From positions 1,922,001 through 1,986,000 of the forward strand of contig OZ037766.1 of NCBI GenBank assembly GCA_964035545.1: a stretch of 64,000 nt of DNA, given 5' to 3'. The translations under genes were made by a program, and so were the position numbers. This DNA is from Bugula neritina. Lineage: Eukaryota > Animalia > Bryozoa. A model generated the notes under the pieces. The model saw only the letters and a list, made by a program, of their open reading frames with translations, did no database searches and was not told where the DNA came from. Positions 34,721 through 48,486 of the stretch are shown one piece after another. Every line of letters begins with the position of its first letter. Position 1 is the first letter of the stretch.

Positions 34721-37700
34721 ATGTATCTATCAGCTACCATTTTTGTTATTCTCTCCCAGATTTTGGCTGCAAGTACGGAGGAGATAACTCTTAAACTGGT
34801 TGGAGGGTAAGTATTGAAGTATTATTTTAAATACTACTTGTTTGAAAATGCTTACCTTAAAACACTTTTTAAATTAAAAATTCTACACTTTTCATAATTT
34901 TTTAAAATATGTTTGGGCGAGCGATGTGGTATAAGTTTGGATTTCTAACCGCTAATCATGATAAACATTAAATCAGGTGAATGAACCCATCTTATGCAAT
35001 GTGAAGCATACTGCTTTACTTAGGTGCTCCACTATGTGTTATATTTCTCTCACATTATAATAACATACATCAGGGATATTGCTGCACTTTTCCTGAAAAT
35101 GCTGTAACTGGCTAATTGTGTAGTGCTAAATAATCTATGGCTATGGCAGTTACAATAGAATAGTGTTTCTTTTTTAAATTTGCTCACAAACTTTTTGTTT
35201 GTGGTGAATTTTTAGAGAAAATAAAGTAAAAACTCTCTGAAGTGTTGCAATGGATTTGCATGTGTAGCCTAGAATTTTCAAACATCCCTTTTTACATCAG
35301 GAAACATTTTCCTAAAGAAACGCCAGCTCAATGGGCCCTTTGTTTGCGCCCCACTTTGCATAGTGTACACCACTGGCTTTGTACTGACTATAAACTTCTC
35401 TCATTGCTTTAGAGTATATGAGGGAAATGTGCTGGTGAAAAGGGGGTCTGAATGGGGTCTCGTATGCGATGATGAGTGGGACATTGAAGATGGTAACGTC
35501 ATCTGTCGTCAGCTGGGACTGGGAAAAGCTGTTGGCATAACAAAGTATAACAAATATGGCTCCAGTTTAACAGGTCGGTATATGATAATATACATACAGT
35601 ATACGTATTGTATAATATCATATATATACAGTCTACGTATTGTATAATATCATATATATACAGTCTACGTATTGTATAATATCATATAGTATACAGTCTA
35701 CGAATTGTATAATATCATATAGTATACAGTCTACATATTGTATGATATCATATAGTGTACATTCTTTGAAAGATTGCGAGATAATGGGTATTGTCAGTTG
35801 GACAGGTTTGATAAACTCTTACATCACTTCCTTTAGCCTTAGACCTAAATATATTCCTTGGGAACTACATGTTGCTGCCTATTGGCTGATGCCATAGAAA
35901 ACAAGGAACAATCTATAAACAACTTGTGTTGTTCTGTGTAGTTCAACAAATATCCCTGTAAATATATATGTTGGCTTTATTCTTGTCTCTATGCAACTAG
36001 CTGACATGTAAAATCTTAAAGCAGTTTTCCTATTAACTTCTTCCTTAATCACGTGTGTTTTGAAACCATTTTATGCTGCCAAAACAACTGATGACGTAAA
36101 GAAGCACGCCTTGGAACAAAAGACAGTCCAGTGTATTATATAAGCTGGTCATAGCAGACGTCTGTTACATCTAGCTCTGTTTACTTCTCCAACTCTTAGC
36201 TGAATAGCCATTAGACCTAGTTGTTAAACCTGCTAAATGATTTAATGCAGAAATTTCTTTCAGGGTATATTTGGTTTCAATTATAGAACATTGAGTAGAT
36301 TTATAGGTTAATAAATTTAATGTTGTTAGGTATCTATTTACCTAATCAATAAAATTTCATTTAAATTCATTCAATAAAATTTCATTTAAATTTTTTCAAT
36401 AACATTTTATTTAAATTCATTCAATAAAATTAAGTTTTAAATTCATTCAATAAAGTTTCATTTGAATTCATTCAATAAAATTAAGTTTTAATTTGATTTG
36501 TAAAATATTATATAATTCAAGGTTTTATTGAGTCTGAGACTACTGATTTGTCACGTGTTTCTACCTGCGTTTCTGCCTGCTATTGTTCTACTTGGGCGTG
36601 GAAGCTGAGTTTAGTGACTTGTTCGGATGAAGGCGTTGATTACTCCCAGTCGGGGTAAATGCCGGGGATGATTGGGAGAGCTGAGTTTGACCTTTGCTGT
36701 TGTATTTGGCCTCTGATTCTGTAATATAATTGTTTCATTGATTGCTGTGGGATGATCAATAGACTAGCATGTGGTTACACTTACATCACATACGTACAGT
36801 GATATACTTACATCACATACGTACAGTGATATACTTACATCACATACGTACAGTGATATACTTACATCACATACGTACAGTGATATACTTACATCACATA
36901 CGTACAGTGATATACTTACATCACATACGTACAGTGATACACTTACATCACATACGTACAGTGATACACGTACAGCAATACTCTGGAATAAGGTATACTT
37001 CAGAATAAGATATACTATTGAATAGTATATCTTATATTCCATGAATTCTATGAATATAATATATACAACATACAGTGTATGTAGGCCTATAAAACTTATA
37101 TAGAATATGGCAGAGTATACTGTAAATATATAAGTCTGTAATATACAATATATGTACCCAGTGTACATACAACTACTATCTGGTGATGTGTAGGTGTTAT
37201 TTGATGTCACATGACACAGTTATTCTGCATTTTCGTTTTAATGTATTTTTGTTTGTTTTTCAATAATTTTACTTAATTTATGTTCCGTGGGCCAATTGAA
37301 CTCATTTCAAGACATATACTTTTACTATGCGGTGCATATGTAGAGTATGTACTCTTACTGCAAACTCTAGCAGTATAGATAATGAAAATAGAAATGGTGT
37401 ATATCTGTTATATAAACACCTGGACACCCATATTAGCAGCTTTGATAACTCAAACCATCAAAAGGAGTTTGGCATTTAGTCTAGGGTCTAACTATTTCAA
37501 GTTGAGCTTTATATAGACTGCAATTGCTATTACGTAATAACAACAGTAATAATAACCACACTCTGTGCAAGTATGGTTAATTATATTAATTGCTGTGTGT
37601 TTTCCAAGGTGTTCATTTCTTTGATATGCTGTAGTTACTATAATTTCTCCTAATATACTCCAGCTCCAAAGGCTCCTTGTTTTTCTCATTCTCCTCTCAG

Positions 37701-40700
37701 AGTATTTTATCTCATACTAGCAGAAGTGTTTGTGTGGTTAGACAACTCCCACTCTTAGAGGGAAAATCAGTTCCTCATTGAAGAGCTAAGTGATGAAATA
37801 GATGTCGACAATGAAACTCTGAGACAGTATATAATCAGTAGCTGTGTTTAATGATGCAACTGATTTCCTTATGTGTCATTTCTTCTTGCAATGAAGCTTT
37901 GTGTTGAACGGGATTATGGGAAATTGTTAAATACTAAAATGTTGTTCAAATGCTACAGTTTTCAGTTTATGAGCAGCTGCAAAGCTTTGCCTTTCTTTGT
38001 GTTAAGAGGTAGCAAATAGTCAGCATAGACTCTTGATTAGTAATTGTCTTCTCTTTATAGCTAAATAAGTTGCCTTTTACACACAATTGACTTGACTTGG
38101 TTAATTGATGTTCAATAAACTTTGATTCATATGAGATCACAAATCATTATAAATACTTCTCATGACACCCCTGTGGTCAGAAACCCCCTAAATACTTCCT
38201 CTTACACTCCTGTGGTCAGAAACCCCTAAATACTTCCTCTTACACTCCTGTGGTTAGAAAGTCAGGATGAGTCATCTTCTAAACTCTAAACCATTCTCTT
38301 TATTCAAACATTTAATATCTCTAACCTCTATCAATAGATCCTCTGCATAAATTGAATTCTAATATATGCAGACGAACTCTGTGTGCAGATGAACTCTGTG
38401 TGCAGATGAACTCTGTCTGCAGACAAACTCTGTGTGCAGACGAACTCTGTGCGCAGATAAACTTTGTGTGCAGATGATCTCTGTGTGCAGACGAACTCTG
38501 TGCGCAGATAAACTTTGTGTGCAGATGATCTCTGTGTGCAGACGGACTCTGTGTGCAGAGGAACTCTGTGTGCAGATGATATCTGTGTGCAGACGGACTC
38601 TGTATGCAGACGAACTCTATATGAAAACTTATTTTTTCCTCTATTTATTTGAAAATTCACCACATACACATAGCTAATAGTTATACCATGTTCAGTATTT
38701 CCCTCATCTCAAACACTCGCTGTTACTAGCTGTTGTTTCTTTTTGCAGACTACAAGATATTCCTAGATGACGTAAAATGTCAAGGTCACGAGCACAACCT
38801 GGGTTCCTGCATGCACAGAGAGTGGATGGTCAGCAACTGCAACACTATTGAGGCTGCCGGAGTCGTGTGCGAAGGAGAAAGTGGGGAGGATGACCTCAAC
38901 CTGAAGATTGTGGCCTCTCACGGTGATGACCAGGTGGAGGTAACTTTTACTTGAAAATCTTAGAGTATACTTATCTTGAAGTTTATGACTTGAAGTTTAT
39001 GACTTGAAGTTTATGACTTGAAGTTTATGACTTGAAATTGATTACTAAAAGTTGATGACTTGAAGTTTATGACTTGACTTGACTTAACTTGGATGACTTG
39101 TATTTGACATATCATTAAAACTTTAAGTTTTTATTTACTTGAATCAATTTATTATGTTCACAGGATAGCAGCATAGACCCGTCTCCTCCAAGTGTCACTG
39201 CGAGCGAGGTAGAGAGGGTAGAGGAGCCAGCCGTAAGATCTAGATATAGCCAGAGGACCTTAGATATACTTGCGAGGGCTAGAGAGTTACTGAATAACCC
39301 TTCTTTCTTGGCAGATAGATTCCCAGATGTACCATCGGAGTAAGTTATGAGCTAAATGCAGACAACGGGCTGTTAGTTGGTTGTTGTAAGACTTGGTGCT
39401 AAGGCTATATATAGTTATCTGTAATATTAGTCTTTATATCAATAATATCTTGAATATTGTAAGATTTTATTTTATTTATTGTCTAAGATTTCATGAATAG
39501 CGTTTCCAATTTCAATTTTAAACCTTTTACTACATTCTCACTATAATACCGAGCCTACCATATATGCAGCTATACCAATACTAGTCCTGTACACCCTGCA
39601 GCTGTGGCATGACAATATTTGTTCTATCATATAGCCCAGTCACCAGTGAGCCAGAATCCAGCAGTACAGTTGCTGTAGCTGCCGCCCAACCTGATCACGG
39701 CGCTGCCGCCCAACCTGATCACCCTGCTGCCCAACCTGACCACCACGCTGCCGGCCAACCTGACCACCACGCTGCCGCTCTGGAGGGGAGATCCGGCTCA
39801 TTCAGTGTGGAGGATGTCAACCCGGCACCAGTTGTTCCCCGGGAGGTCACGGCTGACGAGGTTCACCAGGTGTGTTAGCCTGAACTATCTTAAAGGTGTC
39901 ATGTTGAAGTTGTGTCCACATGACCTGCCAGGTTCCACTCAGCTATCTATACTGATGTGGTTACTTTGGCTAATGTGTTCCCCACCCCTCCCCCCACCCG
40001 CCACTTGTTGCCTGTTATCTCTCAGGCTACACTGTGTGTAAATCTTTTCTATGGGACAATTGGTGGGTGCAAGTTTCTTAGTACTTGTAATGCGTACACA
40101 ATTTAATATATATGCTTGAAACATATTGTACATTGTTTTCTCGAAAGAGTTCAGGTGGTGTGACAATAGAATAGTTATATTCAGTTCCCTACGTGATGTC
40201 AGTGCCTACTGCTTACTTCACACCTGTTCTGGTGCTCAGGTAAGCTCCCTCTGACACCAGAGAGCTACAAACTCTCCAGTATGATGTACAGCTTTATAAT
40301 AAATTCTCAATACTTGCAGATAGAAGACGTGTTGACGGAGATGAGAGCTAAAAGTGATCAGCCATTATCTCCCCCTGCTGTAAGCTATAACCACACTATC
40401 TGTTACACTGAGCCTGTGTCTAGTTTGTAGAGCTCCTACTTAACATTTCCTATTCGTTCCTCGTCTATTTTTAGCTTATCTAATATTAGATCATCAAATT
40501 GCAGTGCATATTTTTATTATAAGTTGTTATCTATATAAGTTTGTAAAGTTCAACACTCTGGTAGCTAAGTAGGTCAAGTAGTTAGTAGGTCAAGTAGTTA
40601 GTAGGTCAAGTGGTTAAGTAGGTCAAGTAGTTAGTAGGTCAAGTAGACTGGTTTAGTCATCTACAGGTGCTAACTTATTACCAGATATTCATAATATAAG

Positions 40701-43700
40701 TTTGTTCTGTTGTTGTGTTACCATAGAGACCGGCTCGTGTAGAGGTAGTTGGAGGGAGGAGAAGCAATGAAGGTTATGTGAGGGTCACAATGGATAATGG
40801 AAAGCGGGGAGTTGTCTGTTCGGACACGTGGGGCATCTACGAGGCTATGGTAGTGTGTAGGCAGATTGGAAAACATCGAGCCGAGAAGGCAACTCTGGTA
40901 TGTGTGCCATTCCAGCTTTGCTAATGTGTGGTTTTAGTCAGCTGGTTTTTCTACTTGTCTTATTCTATACTGAGAAATATTAAGCTGAGGTAAGGGCTAT
41001 TAGATAACATGAAAGAAACATTTGTAAAAAAATTCATGAGAAGATAACTTCAATTTATTCCGAAAATGAAGCCTACATCCACACTCATATAGCTCTTCAT
41101 TTTGTTTATGCTACAAACATAGTTATTGAAAACTACATGGAAGTTAAATCAAACTTTATGAAAATTTCAAGCCATTAGTGCAAATAGGCTCATTTATTTG
41201 TAAGCAGGATAAAATGGTGGGAGGGGCTAACTTTCTATTTAAGAAAATAATATTGCAATATTTGAATTACTTCACAATATTTAATTGAAGAAAAAATAAA
41301 CTGAAAAATCTTACAGATGTAATGTTGTACAGCGCAACAGTTGAGTTGACAGTTTTATGGACCAGATTGAAATGTTTGAGAGAAATTTTCTTTTAATTTT
41401 CATTTAATGTTTAACATATTTGCTCAACTCTATGTTTTGGTTAATATTTACCTTTAAAATTAAAAAATTAAGTTCAGCTTGTATAAAAGACAGAAGTTGT
41501 CTGACTTCCAGTATAGCCTTAAAACCTTTATGTTTACACCTATATATTAGAGGTAAAGTACAAGTTTATACTGGTATTTTATGGCCTGATGCTACCATTA
41601 TATAAACGGCAACTTATTAAAGTTAGTTTTTAGGTTTTTCACCTATGATGGTTTTCAGTCATCACCAGTTAAATATAACTACAGCACAACTATTTTATTA
41701 GTGTTTCATTTGTTTCTTTCAGCTTGTACCCCAGCAATACTATCTTTATGAACAATCTCTAACTATTCAAATTACAATCTTTTTACATGGGCATGCTCTA
41801 TGCTTTAGTTTGTATTTATGTAAGTTAATATATTGTATTTTACTATACTCTTTATTATATCAGTGTTCTATATTGTAATCAAATCATACACTTATATTTA
41901 TTATCCTACATTATGTAACTATATTCCTGTTACCCAAACAGGGCAGAGCAGAGATAGGTGAAAGTTATATAACTATATACCTTGTTATATCAAAACATCA
42001 TGATTATTTTACTGCATAACAGACAGACTACTACGGAGCACGATCTCTAGACAAGGTGATACACGAGATACATTGCGATGGACATGAGAGATCACTGGCA
42101 GACTGTGAGTATAAACTGGCGGATAGACACGGAGTCGCCTGCTCTAAGCCAGTAAATGTAGCCGGAGTTGTCTGCACATCAGGTAATCCTTCGTTCTGTG
42201 TGGAAACTCTATCAGTACTGACAATCCTTAAGTGTGAAGGTCACCTAGGCGGTAGTATACAGTGTCGTATTCTAGTAACCAATAACAGAATTTCTTGCAA
42301 TAAATAGTTTTGTATTTCCTAGAACTTTTAGAACTTGTATTTACTGGAACCTGTTTTTCATCAAGTGGAGTAAGCAATATTTCAAGTTGTAAATAATGTT
42401 TTGGCTGAACTGACTCTTTGCCTACTAGTACCTATAGAGTTGCTATTCTCGGTGTAGCCAAGTTGCCTGACCTCATGCCTAACCTGTGGGCCCTGCAACA
42501 TTCTTTGAGGATTGAGGAGCGTCCACTCCATGCCCTCACCTGTGCCATGGAAGAAAATTGTCTGTCGTCTTCTGCATACACTGCTCGCTCACACGACAGC
42601 AATTCTTATGGTGGCAGTTCATACATGTTTGGAGGTTGGTAGTTCTTTTGTAGCATCTCTGTTGCCAAGTGACAGCTCTGTGGCCAGGTAACAGTTCTGT
42701 TGCCAAGTAACAGCTCTGTTGCCAGGTAACAGCTCTGTTGCCAGGTAACAGCTCTGTTGCCAGGTGACATCTCTGTTGCCAGGTAACAGCTCTGTTGCCA
42801 GGTAACAGCTCTGTTGCCAGGTGACATCTCTGTTGCCAGGTAACAGCTCTGTTGCCAGGTAACAGCTCTGTTGCCAGGTGACATCTCTGTTGCCAGGTAA
42901 CAGCTCTGTTGCCAGGTAACAGCTCTGTTGCCAGGTAACAGCTCTGTTGCCAGGTAACAGATCTGTGGCCAGGTAACAGTTCTGTGGCCAGGTAACAGTT
43001 CTGTAGTTAAAGTTGCTTGGTAGCAGGTATTATTGCCAGCATAAAACTGGTCTAAATTTAATTTACTTGTGAAGTCAAAGTAAAGCTTTCTGAGACTTGA
43101 AAGCCATAAAAGCAAAACGGCTATCAGCTCCACAGGGCTATCTACTACTCAGTTTCAAGTCACTGATGACAATAAAGTAACATATAATAATATTTCAGCT
43201 CCCAGTTATGGCCCCACAAGAAAGCTACTGAGGTTTTCCAGTAACATCTACAACAATGGCACTGCTGACTTTAGACCAAAGCAGCATAGAAGCAGCTGGG
43301 AGTGGCATTCATGTCATCAGTAAGTAAACTGCAAACATTGGCAAATGTTTATATTGAAAGACGTAGTATTTGTGTGCACTTCTGTGGCATATAGTTTACA
43401 TTACGTTCACTTGCTGTAGACATTATCACAGCATGTCTGCCTTCTCTCACTATGACATACTCGATTCCCATGGCAACAGAGTGGCTGAAGGTCATAAGGC
43501 TAGCTTCTGCTTAGAGGATGTGGAGTGCACATGGCCCCGTACTAAGAGGTACTCCTGTCGTGGGTTCTCAGACCAAGGTAAAGTTTACTACTGCTACTGC
43601 TACTACTACCACTACCACTACTACTACCACTACTACTACCACTACTACTACTGCTACTGCTACTGCTACTGCTACTGCTACTGCTACTACTACTGCTACT

Positions 43701-43758
43701 GCTACTACTACTGCTACTTCTACTACTACTACCACTACTACTAATGCTATTACCACTA

Positions 43759-43801
<43 letters not shown>

Positions 43802-44495
43802 CACTACTACCGCTACTACTACTACTACCACTACTACTATTACTACTACTACTACCACTACTATTACCACTACCACTACTACTACCACTACTACTACCAC
43901 TACTACTACTGCTACTGCTACTACTACTACTACTGCTACTTCTACTACAACTACCACTACTACCACTACTACTAATGCTATTACCACTACTACTACTACC
44001 ACTACCACTACTACCACTACTACTACTACCACTACTACTACTACTACCACTACTACCACTACCACTACTACTACCACTACCACTACCACTACTACTACTA
44101 CTACCACTACTACTATTACTACTACTACTACTACTACCACTACTACTACCACTACTACTATTACTACTACCACTACTACTATTTTAGGCATATCTGTTGG
44201 CTGTGCGGATGTATACAGGAGTGATATTGACTGCCAGTGGATTGATATCACAGACCTACAGCCTGGTGCATTTGTCTTCAAGGTAAGATAACTGCTTAAT
44301 CCACTCAATGCTTCCTGCCTAATATTTATGGTTTATTTCAGGCTGCTATATCTGTCTGTGTGTCTCTTGTAGTTGAACGTCAACCCTGAGCTAGAAGTGC
44401 CGGAGTTGAATTATGACAATAATGCTGCTATTTGCGAACTGACCTACAATGGATATAGTGCTAAGCTAAGTGACTGTTCATTGGCTAGAGGATAA
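34721..44495 (+). CDS. LOXL2: Lysyl oxidase-like protein (signal peptide, 2 SRCR domains separated by a long linker, LOX catalytic domain), about 637 aa, 13 exons
   Basis: Exons 34721-34806, 35413-35573, 38749-38939, 39164-39339, 39635-39869, 40320-40379, 40727-40897, 42023-42182, 42458-42634, 43199-43319, 43420-43577, 44188-44282, 44373-44495 are in frame (1914 nt). SRCR motifs [16 protein letters not shown] and [18 protein letters not shown] motifs [21 protein letters not shown], copper site [16 protein letters not shown] Lys in [10 protein letters not shown] and Tyr in [22 protein letters not shown] at 44726. The symbol means the LOXL2/3/4 group. Confidence 0.95.
35575..35760. repeat. About 32-bp minisatellite starting at the LOXL exon 2 donor
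   Basis: atacagtctacgtattgtataatatcatat units. Confidence 0.85.
36775..36975. repeat. 27-bp minisatellite
   Basis: About 7 copies of acatcacatacgtacagtgatatactt. Confidence 0.92.
38368..38620. repeat. 17-bp minisatellite
   Basis: About 15 copies of gcagacgaactctgtgt with higher-order variants. Confidence 0.92.
42655..43005. repeat. 19-bp minisatellite in LOXL intron 9
   Basis: About 18 copies of ctctgttgccaggtaacag. Confidence 0.93.
43587..44180. repeat. Compound trinucleotide microsatellite (CTA/CCA/CTG)n filling LOXL intron 11
   Basis: About 590 bp of triplets between donor caag|gtaaag (43577) and acceptor attttag| (44188). Confidence 0.95.
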
Positions 44496-46049
44496 GTAAC
44501 AAGCCGCATCATTGGTGCTCTTTTATTTATTATATTCCTGTGCACTGATATCAGCCTTCTGTTAGTTATATTTTCTTTGTTTATATTTTGTAGATTTATT
44601 CTTTTAGTTTGTAAAAATGTAAAATAGTTGAAGTATTCTCTGTTTTGCCGGAAGAAACCTACCTATAATTGACCAATGAAATCACCCGAAACATACTCAT
44701 ATAGTTTTCAACTGGATGCATTGTCAATAAAAGTTCATTTATTCACACACAGTTATTATTTCCATCACTTTAAAGTTCCTTCCATTCCTATTAAGAATGG
44801 CAATATCTCTTAGTCAAGTGGTCAACTGGAGTTGTCAGTCTTGTAGCATTATGCTTTGTGAAGACAACTTCTATACAATGTGAAATATTTTTATAACATT
44901 GGAAGCTTGAAGTTTAGTTTAGTCTGAGTAAATATGTTTTTTACTCAAGTGACCACTTTGAGAGTGTATAATCAATACCCGTTTAGTCATGGCAGTACCG
45001 TGCAACGAAGCTAGTTTAGGCTGTCCAGCCATGTTGTGTTACTTATTTGTTGAATTCTGCAAAATAGGAAATATAGATTCACTTGTCCAATATGTTCTTT
45101 CAGCTCAACTTTGAGCTGTCTCTGCCAAGCTTATTATTTTGCCAACATCTTACACAATGACAGCTTTCAGAGAGAGGATAATTTCTGCAATATTTACAAT
45201 AATTGTTCTACAAAATTATCAAGAACTGTTTCCCAGTTTTTAACATATGAAATTTTTAGATCAGAGGTAGCGACTGTTATTAAAACTTTGGCTAAAATAC
45301 TATTTCAAACAATCCTTACGTAGTTATAACCTATATAACCTAATACAAGAAGTACTTGGCTTTTCTAAAATAAAATGGAACAAAATTTTCACCATAATGG
45401 CTTCAATATGTTATACTTTAAAATTATCTAAAACAATATTTTTTTCATTAAGACTGTAAACTAAATTACCAGTTGATGTTTTATTGCAGAAAAAATGAGA
45501 ATATAGTACAAATAATATAGTAATATTCACATTAATAATAACATTTTATCAATTCTGATTATTGGTTTTGTACTTAAGTTTGTTGCTAAAAGCTCTATAC
45601 AACAGCTGATATACATTATTATGCGAATTTCTTTAATCAATATTTTGATCTTTACAGTTAGGTTCAGAGTAAATGAACCTAATTGAATTCTTATTATTCT
45701 TTAAAGTTTAAAATGTATTTACTTGATATCATATGGAATAAACATTAGTACGTGTACGTGTACATTATATAAAGTGAAATTTGTTGGCACTATTTGCCAG
45801 TGTAAACTGACTATAGTGCTTTTTTCACACATTATATGTGGGCTATAGAGCAAACTATTGGTTGAAACTGTTTTTATAATATTAATATAATGCTTTTAGT
45901 GATAAGATTTTATCATATCAGTAATATAGCGCTTTGTATTGTTTTCATCAAATAGTTCAGTGTTGAAAAATTGCATATTGTGAAACCTATTAATCTTTTA
46001 GTATTATTGCCTAAGCTAAAAATTGAAACTGAAAAACCATGATGTGTGT

Positions 46050-46334
46050 GATCGTATACTGTGATTATAGACTGAGATCATATACTGTGATTATAGACTG
46101 AGATCATATACTGTGATTATAGACTGAAATCATATACTGTGATTATAGACTGAGATCATATACTGTGATTATAGACTGAGATCATATACTGTGATTATAG
46201 ACTGAGATCATATACTGTGATTATAGACTGAGATCATATACTGTGATTATAGACTGAGATCATATACTGTGATTATAGACTGAGATCATATACTGTGATT
46301 ATAGACTGAAATCATATACTGTGATTATAGACTG
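46050..46334. repeat. 26-bp intergenic minisatellite
   Basis: About 11 copies of gagatcatatactgtgattatagact. Confidence 0.93.
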
Positions 46335-48486
46335 GGTGTTTAGAGATCCACTGATTTCCTTCTCCTCAACTCAATCATCACTCCACTGCAATGTGCTGAC
46401 AGCAATGAATAGTATTGCCTTCTCCAGTTCCTGAAACTTGTTTGTGTATTTCGTTAGTCAATCAGCGCTTAGCAGCTCACAACTGCTGCCAGTTTCACGG
46501 CCTGGTGACAGCATCAGGATGTGTTATGATGTCAAACTATTGCGCACTATTTCCTGATTATATCGGTCTGCAGATGTTATGACATGTGCTAGCGATGTCG
46601 AAATCAGACACCTGATACACCTGTCTGCCCGTAGTCGGAATTTTACTATTTTAATATTTTCAGTAATAACTTTGCGTAGTTGCCAGTACATTTGGTACAA
46701 CTTGTGGCCTTTCAAATGGGCTCGTCCCGACATCAAGTGACGTTTTGTGAACTCTGAGGCTGCGATGTGGCCTTGTGCCAAAATCTCGATAAAACACCAG
46801 GTTTCAGAAATATAGGTCAACTGAGAGCCAGTATTAACATTCACGAAATTGACTTTGGAAAACTTTAGTTTTGGGAGATTTCATAATGTGATAACTTTAT
46901 ACAAACACTATTAATTTTTACTGTGTGTTATAATGCTTTTTATAAGTATATAGCTGTGTTGTCCAGTTGAAGGTTAATAAACGCTCCAATGGATTAGTCA
47001 TCATAATAGATAATTCTTGGAACTGGTTTTTTGTAGTTTTAACTTTACTTGTTCCGGAATTCTCCAGAGTTGGCTCTGTTCCTATACTCCTGTATACCAG
47101 GAGATATGTTTTTTTATAAAACTACTGGGTCTGTAATTCGAAGAAGACTGTCCAGCAAAACAATTCTTTAAATTTCTACAGAAGAGGTACCGTAGCTATA
47201 AATAAAAAGCCGGCAGCTGTTAGAAGTAACATTTGTTGTTATTGTACTTTATAGATGTAGTTCTTGTCTTCACATACTTGAAAGGGGGGGGGGGGGGGGA
47301 GGCTGGGTCCCTTCCAACAATCAAAGAAATGATTAAGTTGAATATCTTACTATGAAAGAGGTGTAGTTATTGGAATTTCCAGTGTCATTCCCAAATAGCT
47401 CTTCTTGGTAAGATTTCAACATAATTATAATGTCTGAAAACATTCTGTTTATGGTGATAATTTATCAAAATTCTGCTTTGGTTTGTCATTAATATTTTTT
47501 AAACCACATCAAAGCAAGAAAGTTTAAAGTGACATCATGCAGAAGGATGTAAGTTTGTAGTATATTATATATAATGGATGCACATGGTTGTTTTGGAGAA
47601 ATCTACTCTGTGTCAAACTATAATTAATTTCAGGTCTGCACTAACTAAAGATATTAAAAATTGAATGCTACTCGGCAAAAATAAATAGCGTATATTTAAT
47701 TCATATTTTATAGCATTTTCTTTGGTAACACCTTCTTTATTTTGCAGAACAAAATATTGATATATGTTCCCATACTATAGAGTTTTTCATGACACCTAAT
47801 AAATCTTTAGTGTATGATATAACTGACTTGGAATCAATTATGTCTCTTAATTCAGCTATTTTTTAATTCCTAAATAAGGCTTGTGAATCAACCACCCCCT
47901 TTTATATATCACAACTATCTGCTAGAAACCAAACTACATAATGAAAATATTTCAGGGGTTTTCAGTTGAATTAGTAATTTCTATGTTTAGCAATCAGTGT
48001 GCATCTGTATTCTACAGCTCTATGGTGAAAGTAGTTCCAAGCATAAATCAATGCTGACCTCAAATATATTTAATTAATGTACTAATTGAATTATGTCTAT
48101 AAACACCTGTTGGGATTGTGAATAGTTATATAACTACATGTTGTATTGTGCTGGGTTATCGGAATAACTATTAGTTATGTAAGATCTGTTGTTATTAAAC
48201 ACGTGCTTCTACTCTGTCCATTGTCTAGTCCTTTTCATTGATATTGATTAATAAGTTCATCCTAGCTACAAAATCATCCTTTAGTGCTGCCTTAGATCCA
48301 CAATAAATCAATGACCATTATACCTTAAAACAATTATATATACGAGAACTATATAGACAATTGAGAGGACACAGTCTATGCATCTTGTGTTTAAAAAACA
48401 GATTGAGCCCAAGTGCATCACCGTGGTTTCGCTGCATTAGAGAAGACTTGCACAACCGTAGCGGTTGTTGTATCTATTCCACAGCC

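Noticed and set aside
37640-37850. Coding-like patch ([20 protein letters not shown]) in LOXL intron 2
   Set aside because: Frames are interrupted by stops, there are no consistent splice sites and no family was recognised.
43518-44308. Long poly-Thr, poly-Val and poly-Leu ORFs (mucin-like)
   Set aside because: They are translations of the intronic triplet microsatellite. The LOX domain splices cleanly across it, and the poly-Thr frame is out of frame with the upstream exon.
47284-47299. Poly-G run as a G-quadruplex element
   Set aside because: An isolated homopolymer with no supporting context, and its length is unreliable in assemblies.
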